From IMG/VR virus record IMGVR_UViG_3300025122_000006: a DNA stretch of 64,000 bases; one strand, written 5' to 3'. Positions 1-11,370 of the stretch are shown piece by piece. Made by a program: the position numbers and the translations under genes. The stretch's first letter is position 1. Each line of letters starts with the position of its first letter. The stretch comes from a virus. Under the pieces are notes generated by a model. That model was not told where the DNA came from, did no database searches, and saw only the letters and a program-made list of their open reading frames with translations.

Positions 1-2081
1 AGCACTCCCTGACGGAGGCCCAGCTGTTCGCCAAAAAAGGTGAGCGGCTTTATATTACGAAAATAACTCCTTGCAAATTGCTCCGATAGCTGGACTGTTC
101 TTTGGCAAGGATAAAAACCATCATATGGCAATAATTTTTTGATTGCTCGGCATCTTAATGTTAAAACTTTTGAGTCTGCGAAATCATCATGATCATTTTC
201 AATAATGTCAAAATGTTTCATAAAGTCTGAATTGGAATATGTTTTGTAAAAGTTCTCGTGCGAAGATCTATTGTTGCCCTTTACCCCGCCGGTGATCTCA
301 AATAATTCTTGAGAAAAATATATAGAACCGGTATTCATAATATCTGCAACATGCTCGCTCATCCTAAACTCAGGCAAAACAGAATAGCTTTGCCCTTTCA
401 ATCTTATATTTTCTGCAAATGCAGCATATGAATCATAAAACGGCGTTTTACCAGCTTGTATGTGTGCTTCCCAAAGAGCCTCTCCCTGTCCAAAATCAGA
501 CTGGAGATATGACTTAGTTGCTGGGCCACCTGATCCTGTTTCCGGGATTTCCATACCCGAAGGATTTGAAACAGATTGTGTGTTGTGGTAAGTATGTCTA
601 AAAGCATATTGGGGCGCACAGCCGTGAGTAGAATCGGCAATGGAGATGCCATTGGCCTTAAAGGGTTCAACATGTCCTGTTGGAAACTTTTCGGAAAAAT
701 CACAGTCTTTAAAAAGAGTCGTATGTACCATTGAATATAATTGGCAATAATTATTTTGCAAAACCCCAGGTGCTTTATAATTAATCCCCCCTCGGTTCTT
801 AGTGTAGACGACTGTGTAGCCGCTGGTGGCCTCACCGGGATCCCGAGCTGACTGTCCTAAAAATGGAAATCTCCTATAATCACCAAAACCATCCTCTGGC
901 TGGAGACTCGATGCTGATCTCGCCATCCCAAAACCAAAATCATCCTGTGCTCCCTGTGCAGAACTACTAGCGGCTACCCTAGGGTTTAGGCTCCCTGTCC
1001 TGGTCAAAAAATTCTCAGATGCGTCTAGCGGCCAAGAAGACGCAACCAATCGAGCTTCGGCGCCAGCACTGGGCGTGGCACTGAATAGCCCTCCCTCTCG
1101 CATCCACCATACCGAATGTCTTCCAAAGCCATCCCCTTGTCCAAAAGAATGCCTTTGCGGGTAGCGGTCATGATCACTAAGTCTGTCCGGTCGATTAACT
1201 CTAAAGAAAGATTTGAACTCCGGCCTACTTCTTATCGCGTTTCTATACATATTTTTAGATAAAGGATAGACAGTTTCTCGGTATTTTAAAAATTCCCAAT
1301 GTGTAAATGGACTATCTGGTTCTTCTAAATTTCCATTTAAATAAAATGTTTTAATAAGATTATACTCGGAATCTTTATGATCCATAACAATATTGTGTAA
1401 AGTATTTACTTCATCATTAGCAAAAGCATTTAAATTATTCCCGAATGATGTAAGAACAGAAAATCTGTCTAGCTCTTGAGTTGAGCCTTGTTTAAAATGT
1501 CTCCCAACATTCCAAACTAAAGGATAGCTGTTTCTAACAACAGCCGGTTCTTTGAAATTATAAAGTTTAGAATATCTTTCTAAAGCCAGTTTTGTCCCGC
1601 TGCCAGAAGGGGAAACATCGATAAGTTGGCCAGGCTGCGTAACAAATGTTAAATTGCTATTTCTATTGTGAAATCGCGATACGGGATTATCTGCTGTTCT
1701 GATTTGTTTCCAAGTACAATGTCCATATGGGCCATTTCTATGAAGGTTAAGAGAAACAAGGATATCAGGGATTTCATGGGGAACGGGGATGCTCATGTCG
1801 AAGCCGAAGGGACCAACCGTCGTGGACTTGGGGAGGTGAGCCACACTAATGTTTAAATATCTCTTGATATGTCCCCCTTGCGATGGGAGTAGTCCTGACA
1901 AGCCTCCTGCGAGGTCTCCTGATGGGATCACCAGATCCTCTGGGGGGATATTTCGAGGCTGATCTTGCCCGTTCAATTGCGGGGCGAAACCAATAGTATT
2001 AATACTAGCGCTGATTGGGTCTGAAATTAATGTATTCATTCCCACAAAATCAACAAAAACACCTTTTTTAAAAGTAGCCAT
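1..2081 (-). CDS. Large putative virion structural protein, runs off the window edge (>690 aa; missed by the ORF track)
   Basis: ATG at 2081 (MATFKKGVFVDFVGMNTLISDPI...) 2 nt after the stop of 2084..7564. Manual translation shows no stop over the segments read (e.g. ...FYDSYAAFAENIRLKGQSYSVLPEFRMSEH...). Lies in the baseplate cluster. Confidence 0.8.
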   Translation of the reverse strand, partial: MATFKKGVFVDFVGMNTLISDPISASINTIGFAPQLNGQDQPRNIPPEDLVIPSGDLAGGLSGLLPSQGGHIKRYLNISVAHLPKSTTVGPFGFDMSIPVPHEIPDILVSLNLHRNGPYGHCTWKQIRTADNPVSRFHNRNSNLTFVTQPGQLIDVSPSGSGTKLALERYSKLYNFKEPAVVRNSYPLVWNVGRHFKQGSTQELDRFSVLTSFGNNLNAFANDEVNTLHNIVMDHKDSEYNLIKTFYLNGNLEEPDSPFTHWEFLKYRETVYPLSKNMYRNAIRSRPEFKSFFRVNRPDRLSDHDRYPQRHSFGQGDGFGRHSVWWMREGGLFSATPSAGAEARLVASSWPLDASENFLTRTGSLNPRVAASSSAQGAQDDFGFGMARSASSLQPEDGFGDYRRFPFLGQSARDPGEATSGYTVVYTKNRGGINYKAPGVLQNNYCQLYSMVHTTLFKDCDFSEKFPTGHVEPFKANGISIADSTHGCAPQYAFRHTYHNTQSVSNPSGMEIPETGSGGPATKSYLQSDFGQGEALWEAHIQAGKTPFYDSYAAFAENIRLKGQSYSVLPEFRMSEHVADIMNTGSIYFSQELFEITGGVKGNNRSSHENFYKTYSNSDFMKHFDIIENDHDDFADSKVLTLRCRAIKKLLPYDGFYPCQRTVQLSEQFARSYFRNIKPLTFFGEQLGLRQGV

Positions 2082-2083
2082 AA

Positions 2084-5000
2084 TTATATCCCTGTTATGT
2101 ATCCATAAATAGTTGAAGCGGCTGGAAAATTAATTGCATTAATAGAAGACGTAACTCCTGTTGCATTCGATGCCGAATGTAATAATCCATTTGGCGGTGA
2201 ATAACCAAGTAGTACTTGATCGTTTCTCCAATTTTTTTGTAAAACTGAATCGGGAACATGTGCCGGGTTCTTTGCTTGATCGTGTGGTGTTTTGCCTGTT
2301 CCGTATGAAATTGTTGCCCCAGATAAAGCTGATCTAATCCAACTATATTGAAAATCGCTTCTAGGTATCGGTGATGATATATATCCATTATCAAACCTAC
2401 TACCGGTCACCACAGCATTACCACCTGCTTTTGGGTCGTTGATCGGGTCGACGCCATATTGCATGCGCCTTGATATGTTTCTATGCTGCTTTACAAAAGA
2501 ACCAGATGTGACTGATGACGACAAAGAGTGGATTACACCATAATCCAAGTCTCTTCCAAATTTGCCCATATGAGATGCCAGGACGGATTGCAATCCCCGC
2601 TGTTTGCCCAAGTGATCCGATACTCTTATAGTTGCTCGGGTTTGATGTTCCAACGCGCCGTAATCCAGAACCTTCCCTTTAGGTTCTCCGCTACTTGACA
2701 TTCTTACAGTTAAGTTTCTAAACGGAAGAGCGTTATGAACTGAATAAGTGTGCCTCTGCACATCTAGATAACCCATTGATTGAACCTCTGGTCCTCCAGG
2801 TGCTGAAAATCGGCTACATATTTCATATGTCGATTTTGTTAAATTCGTTTTAGGAATTTCAATTACAATATCGTTTGAATATGTTGTTAGGCGCAGATTA
2901 GTGGGGCTGGCAGGGGCTCTATACCACGGGGTTTGGTATTTCAGGGATTTAACATCTGGTTGTCGGTTGTTGTTCGCAACACCAAACACATTGCCTGAAA
3001 GAAACGGTGCTTGTCCGACAAGTGTCATGTAATTTGTGGTCAGTGGCAGCGACTTTTTTATAGATGTTGGCAAATCTAAATTAGAAGCGGAAGCAATTCG
3101 ATACCATCTTCTTTGATCTCCTTTCTGAAGGGTGACAATTTCGTAGCCCTTCCTGTAATTGCCCATGATAGCCGAGCCTGAACTGTGGCGGATATTTCTT
3201 ACATTTAAAGGACGCTTTGCATATTCATCTCTAAATTTGGTTGCCCTTGCTTTATCAACATTGGGGTATATTTTACCACCATAATCCGCAGATACATATC
3301 CCATTGCTCCGTCGGCTCGATAAGGAATGGGACCTGTCCAGTTGGTAAGCTCGCCTGGGACTAAGCCCCAAGCCTCTGGCCTATTTCTGGCACTGTCAAG
3401 CTTTTGTATGCCCCCGAGAGGAGCTTTGTCGGGGTCATACTTATTTATTCCAACGTGTCTAGATTGTTGTCCTCCAACATGCGTTCTTGTGAACGGACCT
3501 TGCATTGGAATTTCGTTCGTGTGATCGGTTGTATCGGAGTGTATATTAGTTACAATTACGTGATTTTTAAAATATGTATTAATATATCGATTGTATCCTG
3601 TATTTACGGTGCCGCTGACCAAAGTCATTGGCACTATAAGATCGCCTTTTAATGCATGCTTGTAATCGTCACCAAATCGATTTCCTACTTTTGCAATAAA
3701 ATTAAGTTTTATCTTTTCATTTGGATTTTTAACATCATTGCAAATATTTGATTGTTGTATGCTGTGCCCCAGTCCTTCGCCAATAACTATAACATTTTTT
3801 GGTATTTTAAGAAAAGCGAAACTACCAGTCTCAAGAGATCCATGCGGCAATATTGCATCTTTAAAGGCCATTACGTTTTTATCACGAGCATAATTAATGC
3901 CGCCGTGTATTGACCTTCTTGGGGCGGACATTTCAAACCTGTAAGGTTTGGATAATTTTCTTATTGTATAGGTTGAGCCATAATATATAGTACTTCCGCT
4001 CACCCTCCGAAGTGAATGAGATTGAAGAGAGTGGTTGTTTTTCACAATTCTTAAAGTTTCTGCTGTATTTGTCTCACCTTTTTTTCGATCTGCTTGCCAA
4101 AGGCAATTGTGTGATGACCCGCCGCTGACAGGAGCATGACCAAATTGCCAATCATAAAGTAACTCTTGAATTCCCTTCACAGACCCTTCGGTAGAAGTCC
4201 TTCTTCCAAGGATTCCTATCTTATTGACATATTTGTTTCTTTCTAAAACATGACTCTCTACTACATTTTTAATTCCCTTAGAGAATCTCGAAGATGCTGG
4301 ATATAATTGCTCGAGCGCTATAGAAATAGAATCGTCAATCCATTTATAAAATGATGTAAATTTATCCAAATTAGGAGTATTTTCAACATCTTCAAAGAAA
4401 CGTTCCTTCAGAAAAGATAACAAACTATAATCATGATGATAACGTTGATTTGGTTGCCCTATTAGATTATTGAAATCCAAAGCAGTAGAAAACATATTTA
4501 ACATTTCATCGGAAATAACACCATGTAAACTTTTTTCAAAAGAATAGAAATTATCAGAAACATCCTCATCAACAAAGAAATTCTCACTTCTATCATCTTT
4601 TATTACAACAAGATCGGAAGAGAATAGATCATCTGGTTGCTTTTTTCTAGCTGTATATATGAAATTTTTATCTATTGAATTGGTGCTCGAAGCCCTAAAA
4701 CCTGTTGCTTTTCCTTCATTGTTTTTTAGAACTATACCATTATAAATTCCATAACTAGAAGTTATATGAGAATTGGCTGATCCTGATGACAAATCATTTA
4801 TTATTAACTCCCCAGAAGGAGTTGATCCGGTCTTGTTAAAGAATGCCCAATGTAAAGCTAATGTTTTTTGTCTAGGTATTTCTTGACCGTCATTTAAGAA
4901 AATTGTATCGCTTTCAAATGGCTCATTCGCACCAAACGTTTCTGAATCATAAGCGTGTTGGTTAATTGCTTCATTTGATAAATAACTACTCCAATAACGA

Positions 5001-7564
5001 ACGTAGCCTAATTTAATGTCTGTTTTTTGCAGTGTCGAACCAGTAAAGTTCGTTTTATGAGCGCCAGCCCAGATACGTTTTTTGTTAGTTACAAATTTGT
5101 GGTTTGTTAAGCTCCCGGTTAAAAGAAAAGAGTTTCTTATAATATTCGCTTCAGCCTCGACACCATGGAGTTCTAAGGTATATCCAGCGGCAGCAGCGCC
5201 AGACACGTGACCCGAAAACGGATAACTATCATGCTTAATTCTAAGAGCAAGATTCCATTTATTATTTTCGTACTGACTATTAAACACTGATGACGATATA
5301 AGGGTATTGCTTCCCGATATTAAAAATCTAATTTTTTGTGTTTCACCAAACTCCAGATCACGTTCTAATTTTTCTTTTACTATAAAAACACCTAAATCAT
5401 AATCAGCGTCGGTTCTCCAGCTGTCCCAAGTATAATCATCAGCAGCAGGCACAGCGGAATGATATCCCAAAACCGAAGCCGTATAATTTGTAAATTTTAT
5501 ATATCCTATTTCATTAGATCTTGCCTTGCGGGGGAGAATAATTTCACTTTCTAAAGTAAGAGAAGTATAATTTGGAGATCCCGAAATATAAGTAGCAGCG
5601 TTTATTGTACTAGAAGTTTGATAAAGGGTAGCATCAAAACTATCTTCAAAATTAAAATTTAAATAATTTCTTTCAAAAGATTTATATTCATAATTATCTC
5701 TTAAAACGTATGTAGAATCATCAGCATAAAGTTTTAATTTTACCAGTTCATTACCAATACCGAGAGATCTAAAAAAGTTTCTAAAAGCTTTTTCTGTTCC
5801 TTTGGATTTGTAAATCCCAACAAGATTATTATAAAGATTATGATAAATTATATCTCGAACTTCGGATATCTTTTTTTCATAAACTTCATTATCGTCTTTT
5901 GCTCTAAATCTCTCCGGAACAGTGGCTTCAACAAACAAGTCAGGAATCACAAAACCTTTTGAATATAATAAATTTTTTGCAAACGGTAAAGGTTTATCCG
6001 ATCCACTCACATATCTTTCATCATGCAAAGTGCTAACAGAGTTTATTTGATGCCATATTGTATCAAAATAAGAACCTATTATTTGACATAAATATTTTAA
6101 ATTCTTACCTGACTCGGTATCGGTTTCCTGCATCCAGCCTGGAAACAATCGATAAAACATAGAAGTGCTTTCCAAATCAGCCAAGCTACCACTAGTCTTA
6201 TAACGCGTTATGGATCCTGTAACATCTGGGTGTGAAGAGTACACAATCGGATCTTTAAATTCTCTAAGGGCTGCTCCCGATTCAACTATGGCAGAGCCAG
6301 TTATTCTTGATGCATCTAAGTCCGCCGTATTAGACCCGGAGTACCCAACCCAAATCCCATCAGCTATTCTTCCTGAATAATCCAGAACTTTTAAATCTAC
6401 AGAATCATCACCAGTGATTCCCTCGTTAAATTTATAATAAAATCCTAAATTTATGTTGGGATCTCTTCTATTGGTTCCACCGCCTACAGGAACGAGGCGG
6501 GTATTACTAATTTCTTTATGGGTTCTCGCAGTTTTCCAAAACCTAAATTCATCTAAAGATCCGGATAGTTTGTTATATCCCAACATATCTAGACTATGAA
6601 ATATATTTCCTGATACAGAGGTGTAAAGAGACCCAATAGCCGCATTAGACCCAGTGGTTAATCCAACTATACCAGAAATACTATTTGCTGCGCTGTCTAA
6701 TATGTGCTTTGAAACTGCTTTGACATTGTCTTTATATAAATCAATGCCAGTTCCAGCGGAGGAAGACTGTAATGTTAAAGCATAATTGTGCCATAAACCG
6801 TCGTATGCATCAGCTAATAATTGCTGGTCGTCAAAGCCATGCGAACCTGATCGTAGAGTTAAATTTAATGCATCATTCGAACTAGTTAAATACAAAGTCA
6901 TTCTGCCATAAGCACTGGATCCCGTCGCTTCGCCGTTCCAAAGATCAAAAATAACTTCTTTTTGGTGGGTTTGTGCGTTTGATGGAGATGCCTTTTTCAA
7001 CCAAAATTCAATCGTTGTGCCCTCAGATAATATCACCTCTAAAGATGAGCCACGCTTATTAGAAGGATCATAAATCATTGATTTATCAAACGTCGAATAA
7101 AGTTTTTTTCCTATCATTCCGCTTGAAGCAGTATGAGGGCCTCCAAAGATTCTAATGTACTCTTTCGTTGTTGGAAGGCTGTTCCCGCGTAAACTACTTG
7201 TTATGGCCTTGCCTTGAACTGAAAATTTAGCATACCCATTTGTTCGAGGATAAAGATTTCCTAAAACATATAAATCCAAATAAGAAGATGAATTTTCAAA
7301 CTCAATTTTTTCTGCAAGAGTCCCATCATACGGATATTCTTGATAAATTCTTTTAAATGCATTTTCATAATAAAGTTCAGCAGATCCAAATTTAGAAAAC
7401 TTTGAAGGATCTGAAAAATCAATAGCCGGAATAAATCTATCCGTTTCTTTTCTCCTAGCGTCAATGTAATCTAGTGATTCCACCAATGCAGATGCACTAT
7501 TAGGAGTTTCGGATTTCTGAAATTGTTTATTACTATAATTGCTGAATAAATCTTTTATGCTCAT
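2084..7564 (-). CDS. Baseplate wedge/tail-associated protein with LamG (ConA-like) domains and a gp7-like segment
   Basis: TIEFWLK...WHNYALT...GSLDEFRFWK..YYKFNEG is a LamG-type pattern. YKSKGTEKAFRNFFRSLG resembles the T4 gp7 / P2 gpI wedge motif. Near gp6 and gp25. Confidence 0.7.
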   Translation of the reverse strand: MSIKDLFSNYSNKQFQKSETPNSASALVESLDYIDARRKETDRFIPAIDFSDPSKFSKFGSAELYYENAFKRIYQEYPYDGTLAEKIEFENSSSYLDLYVLGNLYPRTNGYAKFSVQGKAITSSLRGNSLPTTKEYIRIFGGPHTASSGMIGKKLYSTFDKSMIYDPSNKRGSSLEVILSEGTTIEFWLKKASPSNAQTHQKEVIFDLWNGEATGSSAYGRMTLYLTSSNDALNLTLRSGSHGFDDQQLLADAYDGLWHNYALTLQSSSAGTGIDLYKDNVKAVSKHILDSAANSISGIVGLTTGSNAAIGSLYTSVSGNIFHSLDMLGYNKLSGSLDEFRFWKTARTHKEISNTRLVPVGGGTNRRDPNINLGFYYKFNEGITGDDSVDLKVLDYSGRIADGIWVGYSGSNTADLDASRITGSAIVESGAALREFKDPIVYSSHPDVTGSITRYKTSGSLADLESTSMFYRLFPGWMQETDTESGKNLKYLCQIIGSYFDTIWHQINSVSTLHDERYVSGSDKPLPFAKNLLYSKGFVIPDLFVEATVPERFRAKDDNEVYEKKISEVRDIIYHNLYNNLVGIYKSKGTEKAFRNFFRSLGIGNELVKLKLYADDSTYVLRDNYEYKSFERNYLNFNFEDSFDATLYQTSSTINAATYISGSPNYTSLTLESEIILPRKARSNEIGYIKFTNYTASVLGYHSAVPAADDYTWDSWRTDADYDLGVFIVKEKLERDLEFGETQKIRFLISGSNTLISSSVFNSQYENNKWNLALRIKHDSYPFSGHVSGAAAAGYTLELHGVEAEANIIRNSFLLTGSLTNHKFVTNKKRIWAGAHKTNFTGSTLQKTDIKLGYVRYWSSYLSNEAINQHAYDSETFGANEPFESDTIFLNDGQEIPRQKTLALHWAFFNKTGSTPSGELIINDLSSGSANSHITSSYGIYNGIVLKNNEGKATGFRASSTNSIDKNFIYTARKKQPDDLFSSDLVVIKDDRSENFFVDEDVSDNFYSFEKSLHGVISDEMLNMFSTALDFNNLIGQPNQRYHHDYSLLSFLKERFFEDVENTPNLDKFTSFYKWIDDSISIALEQLYPASSRFSKGIKNVVESHVLERNKYVNKIGILGRRTSTEGSVKGIQELLYDWQFGHAPVSGGSSHNCLWQADRKKGETNTAETLRIVKNNHSLQSHSLRRVSGSTIYYGSTYTIRKLSKPYRFEMSAPRRSIHGGINYARDKNVMAFKDAILPHGSLETGSFAFLKIPKNVIVIGEGLGHSIQQSNICNDVKNPNEKIKLNFIAKVGNRFGDDYKHALKGDLIVPMTLVSGTVNTGYNRYINTYFKNHVIVTNIHSDTTDHTNEIPMQGPFTRTHVGGQQSRHVGINKYDPDKAPLGGIQKLDSARNRPEAWGLVPGELTNWTGPIPYRADGAMGYVSADYGGKIYPNVDKARATKFRDEYAKRPLNVRNIRHSSGSAIMGNYRKGYEIVTLQKGDQRRWYRIASASNLDLPTSIKKSLPLTTNYMTLVGQAPFLSGNVFGVANNNRQPDVKSLKYQTPWYRAPASPTNLRLTTYSNDIVIEIPKTNLTKSTYEICSRFSAPGGPEVQSMGYLDVQRHTYSVHNALPFRNLTVRMSSSGEPKGKVLDYGALEHQTRATIRVSDHLGKQRGLQSVLASHMGKFGRDLDYGVIHSLSSSVTSGSFVKQHRNISRRMQYGVDPINDPKAGGNAVVTGSRFDNGYISSPIPRSDFQYSWIRSALSGATISYGTGKTPHDQAKNPAHVPDSVLQKNWRNDQVLLGYSPPNGLLHSASNATGVTSSINAINFPAASTIYGYITGI

Positions 7565-9144
7565 TCTTCACTCACTCTAAACTTAAATTTATACGGCTGT
7601 TCTATGTAACTATTAGAATCTTCATCAAAGAAAGAATAATAGATTTCGTATTGGTAACCTTCTTCAAGCATGCCAGTATCAAGTTTAAAGTAATTTCCGG
7701 AAAGATCATAAGAGAGGCCTGTATGATACAAAGAACCAGTTCCATATGCTATGACAATTTCATCATCAATCGCTCTTTTAATCTGATAAGACGAACTCTC
7801 TATAAGAAGGCTGGGAACAGAATTTCTTATCGCTACATTATAAATATTTGGTGACCAATCCTTTTCTCTAACATAAAGTCTAAGCTTTGGAGTTTCACTT
7901 TTTCTATATTGATCTCGTAAGCTTGGCATTGAAAGTGTATATTTTTGATCCTCAGTAAAATCAGACGAATCGAAAGTTTTCGGTGTGATAGAACCAGTAT
8001 GAAATTGAAGGGCTGCGGTTTTTGCTGAAGTTACCGGGCCACTTCCACTATACCAAACATCAAAAACCCTATCTAACTGTGCAGAGCCAGTAAAAGCAAC
8101 AGAGGCAGAGTATATACCAGTAGAAACATAGCCTCCAGTAACAGCATGTTGAAAGCCAGATTCGGATGCCACGCCGCCAGATATACTTAGCCTGAGAGCA
8201 TCGCCATAAGGAGCAGAGTTGTCTGACGATCCGGAAAATAAACTAACAAAAATTAAATTTTTACCAATGCTAGGAATGTTTCTCAACCTTCCCCTAACAT
8301 AATTGTAAAGATATATTGTATTCATGTTGTCTGAGGCTGGCGCGACAGAACTACTAAAATAAAAATTGCCACGGTCATCCCTTTTTGAGTCATCCCACCT
8401 TGCTTCTAAAACAGGTTTCTTAAAGAAAAATTCAGAATCTCTACCGAAAAATCTTTTGGTATAATATGAATCAGTAGAGCCAGTGGCGTTATGAATTACG
8501 CTCCCCGATTCATTATTGTCACCGGTGTCAAAAAAGCCCAAAGATGATGAAGCCTGTGCTTCATAGGAGCTGCTTAATTTGATGAGAAATCCGTAATTTG
8601 ATCTTGTACCATCAATCCACTGTTCTACAAAATCAGAAACGTTTATTGTTAAATCCTCAAAACCAGTTTCAAGTGCTTGTACAGCAGGGAGGGATGAATG
8701 AGTGTCGCCACCGACATTAGTCCAGCCCTCGGTACTAGAAGCCGAGAGCCAATTAGAGCCAATATTATTCTTGGTCAAATCTTTATAGGTCTCCATGTCT
8801 AATCCGTAACCTTCTTCCCACTCTCGAGATACAGACAACACCTCCATTTTAAAATCTCTTGGTGTTGTTCTAGAATGCGGAGCATCATACATTTTGAGAT
8901 ACCAAGTGACCGATCCTGAAGCTGCTAATTTATCAGCGTTTCTATCGGCTATTATATCATTTGTATTGAATTGAATTAAAACCCTTGATAATTCTGAGGA
9001 CGCCGAAGAGGCGCCGCCATAAATGGAAAAAACCTCTAGAATATCAGAGGCTCCCATATTTGATCCAGTGCCACGGGTTGACAAGTCTTCTTCAAAAGCA
9101 TTTGTTATAGTATTGTCTTTCGTCGCGAAATATCTTCTGATCAT
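7561..9144 (-). CDS. Virion protein with N-terminal DNRLRE/CBM96-like beta-sandwich
   Basis: KDNTI...SRVLIQF...WEEG...W...GGD...VSDFVEQW....NYGFLIK...KPVLEARWDD pattern; located in the baseplate operon. Confidence 0.55.
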   Translation of the reverse strand: MIRRYFATKDNTITNAFEEDLSTRGTGSNMGASDILEVFSIYGGASSASSELSRVLIQFNTNDIIADRNADKLAASGSVTWYLKMYDAPHSRTTPRDFKMEVLSVSREWEEGYGLDMETYKDLTKNNIGSNWLSASSTEGWTNVGGDTHSSLPAVQALETGFEDLTINVSDFVEQWIDGTRSNYGFLIKLSSSYEAQASSSLGFFDTGDNNESGSVIHNATGSTDSYYTKRFFGRDSEFFFKKPVLEARWDDSKRDDRGNFYFSSSVAPASDNMNTIYLYNYVRGRLRNIPSIGKNLIFVSLFSGSSDNSAPYGDALRLSISGGVASESGFQHAVTGGYVSTGIYSASVAFTGSAQLDRVFDVWYSGSGPVTSAKTAALQFHTGSITPKTFDSSDFTEDQKYTLSMPSLRDQYRKSETPKLRLYVREKDWSPNIYNVAIRNSVPSLLIESSSYQIKRAIDDEIVIAYGTGSLYHTGLSYDLSGNYFKLDTGMLEEGYQYEIYYSFFDEDSNSYIEQPYKFKFRVSEE

Positions 9145-10937
9145 TGAGTTGTTCCTCTTATATCAGTGTTAAAATTTAAAATCTCTAAAACAACATTCCT
9201 AGGTGTTTTCAAATATGTTCCGTTTTTTGACTTCATTTGATTAATAGAAACAGGAGCACTTGAATACTTTGTTCCTGTCATTAATTTCATTTTTACATTT
9301 TCAGTATCGACTACGCCCTCTACTTTATTTATTATATTGTAAATTTTCGTTATATAAAAAGGTTCACCAATAAATAATTTATCTGTTAATTCAGATCTAA
9401 GTTTACTGTATACAGTAGACAAAACCTCAAGTTTATCTCTTGTTGATTCAACAGTTATTTTAAAATCAAAGCCAATGTTCAATATTTTTGCATCATAAAT
9501 ATCAATCGAATCATTTATCATTTTATTCTTGTTTAACCAAATTTTTAAATTTTCTTTAACTGTTGAGTTTAAAGCTGCTAAGTTCCCAGCACTATCCTCA
9601 CCTATTACATAAAGAGATATTCTGCGGTTACTTGATGATGGATCATTTACCACATTAACTCTTTTTATGCTGCCAAATTTCGCCGGCATCATATAACAAT
9701 ACACTTCATAATCATTTTTAGTAACGCTTCGATTTTGAGCAGCGTAAACAGCGTAAGATCTATAACGAATTTCCTGGGCTGTTGGTAAAGAAGTGTTTCC
9801 CACTATTGGTTTATCATTTGCGACCTCCAATGAATTACGCACTAAATTTTGATTGACAGTTGAGGTGCTTGAAACTGCATTTACAAAATCGAAGGAAGAA
9901 ATAGATATTAAATTTATTTCGCCGGCATTTATATTAATAGAATCTGAATCATTAGAATAATATAATACAGTCAAAGTCGTATTAGATGGTACAACACCAA
10001 GAGTATTTGTATCAAGTAATTTTGTGGGGTCAAAGGCATAATCGGAAATATAAGGTCGCCCAGACATTCTTAAAGATATTTGTGAAGGGTCTGCTATATC
10101 TGTTATGTTTTTTTCTTCATCAGAACCGTATCCAAATTGTAAATAAGTGCCTGTTGAATCTTGCGCTAATACAAACCTTCTAGGGACTATCTTAGGTTTT
10201 AAAATAGAACGGACACCATCTCGTCTTGCCTTTGGGTTTGTTGTCTCAACATAAACAACATCTTGAGACAGATGATCAACTTCATAATATTCACGCCCTT
10301 CCGTATCAATCACAGATTTAATTTCTGCTATTGACCCTGGGCCAACTCTAACTTTTTGAAATCTTGTATAATCACTAACATCAACAGTGGTTCTGAATAA
10401 AACTGTTGATTTTATTTGTCCTTGAGCTCGAATAGCATATTCGGTGGGCTTTCCTGTTGTCTCTGAAAATCTAGAGGCTACTATTTCGTTCTTCTGATCA
10501 TTGAAATCCACATCTTCGGCTAAAACGAATGTTGTACCAGTTTGGGCTTTAATTTCAGTTCCCGTTTTCAAAATTGGAATATGTTCAATATCAGGACCCA
10601 GACCAGAAGAGTTCGCAGGCACCCTAACATAAAAAGAAACTATCCCAAAGGCGGCTGGTCGGCCGGCAAATTTATAGCCATATTGTTTTGCTAGTCTCCT
10701 TACATTATCATATTCTACTGCTGTTTGTAGAAAAGATTCGTTTACTTGATAATCTAAATAAAAGGATAGCATATCTCCGACATACGAAACGGCATCTAAA
10801 ACATATGATCCAAATGAATTTTCTGAAAAATCTTTATAAGTATCTGGATAATACGTTTTTGCGTGTTGTTCTAAATCCTTTTTAATTGAATTAAAATCTC
10901 TATTTGTATAATTGACTAAAATTTTTTTATCTGGCAT
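9141..10937 (-). CDS. Baseplate wedge subunit (T4 gp6-like / baseplate J family)
   Basis: NYTNRDFNSIK..YKDFSENSFG..YVGDMLSFYLD...ESFL.TA..LAKQYGYK; QFGYG; AQNRSVTKNDY. Confidence 0.9.
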   Translation of the reverse strand: MPDKKILVNYTNRDFNSIKKDLEQHAKTYYPDTYKDFSENSFGSYVLDAVSYVGDMLSFYLDYQVNESFLQTAVEYDNVRRLAKQYGYKFAGRPAAFGIVSFYVRVPANSSGLGPDIEHIPILKTGTEIKAQTGTTFVLAEDVDFNDQKNEIVASRFSETTGKPTEYAIRAQGQIKSTVLFRTTVDVSDYTRFQKVRVGPGSIAEIKSVIDTEGREYYEVDHLSQDVVYVETTNPKARRDGVRSILKPKIVPRRFVLAQDSTGTYLQFGYGSDEEKNITDIADPSQISLRMSGRPYISDYAFDPTKLLDTNTLGVVPSNTTLTVLYYSNDSDSININAGEINLISISSFDFVNAVSSTSTVNQNLVRNSLEVANDKPIVGNTSLPTAQEIRYRSYAVYAAQNRSVTKNDYEVYCYMMPAKFGSIKRVNVVNDPSSSNRRISLYVIGEDSAGNLAALNSTVKENLKIWLNKNKMINDSIDIYDAKILNIGFDFKITVESTRDKLEVLSTVYSKLRSELTDKLFIGEPFYITKIYNIINKVEGVVDTENVKMKLMTGTKYSSAPVSINQMKSKNGTYLKTPRNVVLEILNFNTDIRGTTQ

Positions 10938-10938
10938 T

Positions 10939-11340
10939 TTAATAGAATCCTATTTCTTGTGTTTGTTTTAGATTTAAATCAAATACTTGTTGTTCAAAGT
11001 TTCCTGGTATTGAATAAGTAATTCTTAATTTTAAAGTATTTTCATCTATCTCCGCAGAATCAGCTGCTACTCGTATATCTTCCACCGAAAGATATGGAAG
11101 ATATCGAGAGATTTGTCCTGAAACCCTAGATTGAATTAGGGATCTCACCGATTCAACATTTTGTTCAAAAAGAAATTGTCTTATGCCGACACCGTATCCA
11201 GGATCACTAATGTTCTCTCCGGGGTGAGTTAGCAATAAATTTTTTAAATAAAATGAAACTTGATGTTTCGCATCGTCATAAAGTTCATATGTATCTTCGT
11301 TCCCTCTTTTCAAAGGCCATCTAGGTCCGTAAAGTGGCAT
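10939..11340 (-). CDS. Baseplate wedge subunit / sheath initiator (T4 gp25-like, GPW/gp25 family)
   Basis: LKNLLLTHPGE...PGYGVGIRQFLFE...I.RYLPYL; immediately upstream of gp6. Confidence 0.9.
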   Translation of the reverse strand: MPLYGPRWPLKRGNEDTYELYDDAKHQVSFYLKNLLLTHPGENISDPGYGVGIRQFLFEQNVESVRSLIQSRVSGQISRYLPYLSVEDIRVAADSAEIDENTLKLRITYSIPGNFEQQVFDLNLKQTQEIGFY

Positions 11341-11370
11341 CTTTAAAATCCTCTTTTAAATAATTAGATC

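Noticed and set aside
404-835. 143-aa minus-strand ORF in the track
   Set aside because: It is an alternate frame inside the longer 1..2081 reading frame.
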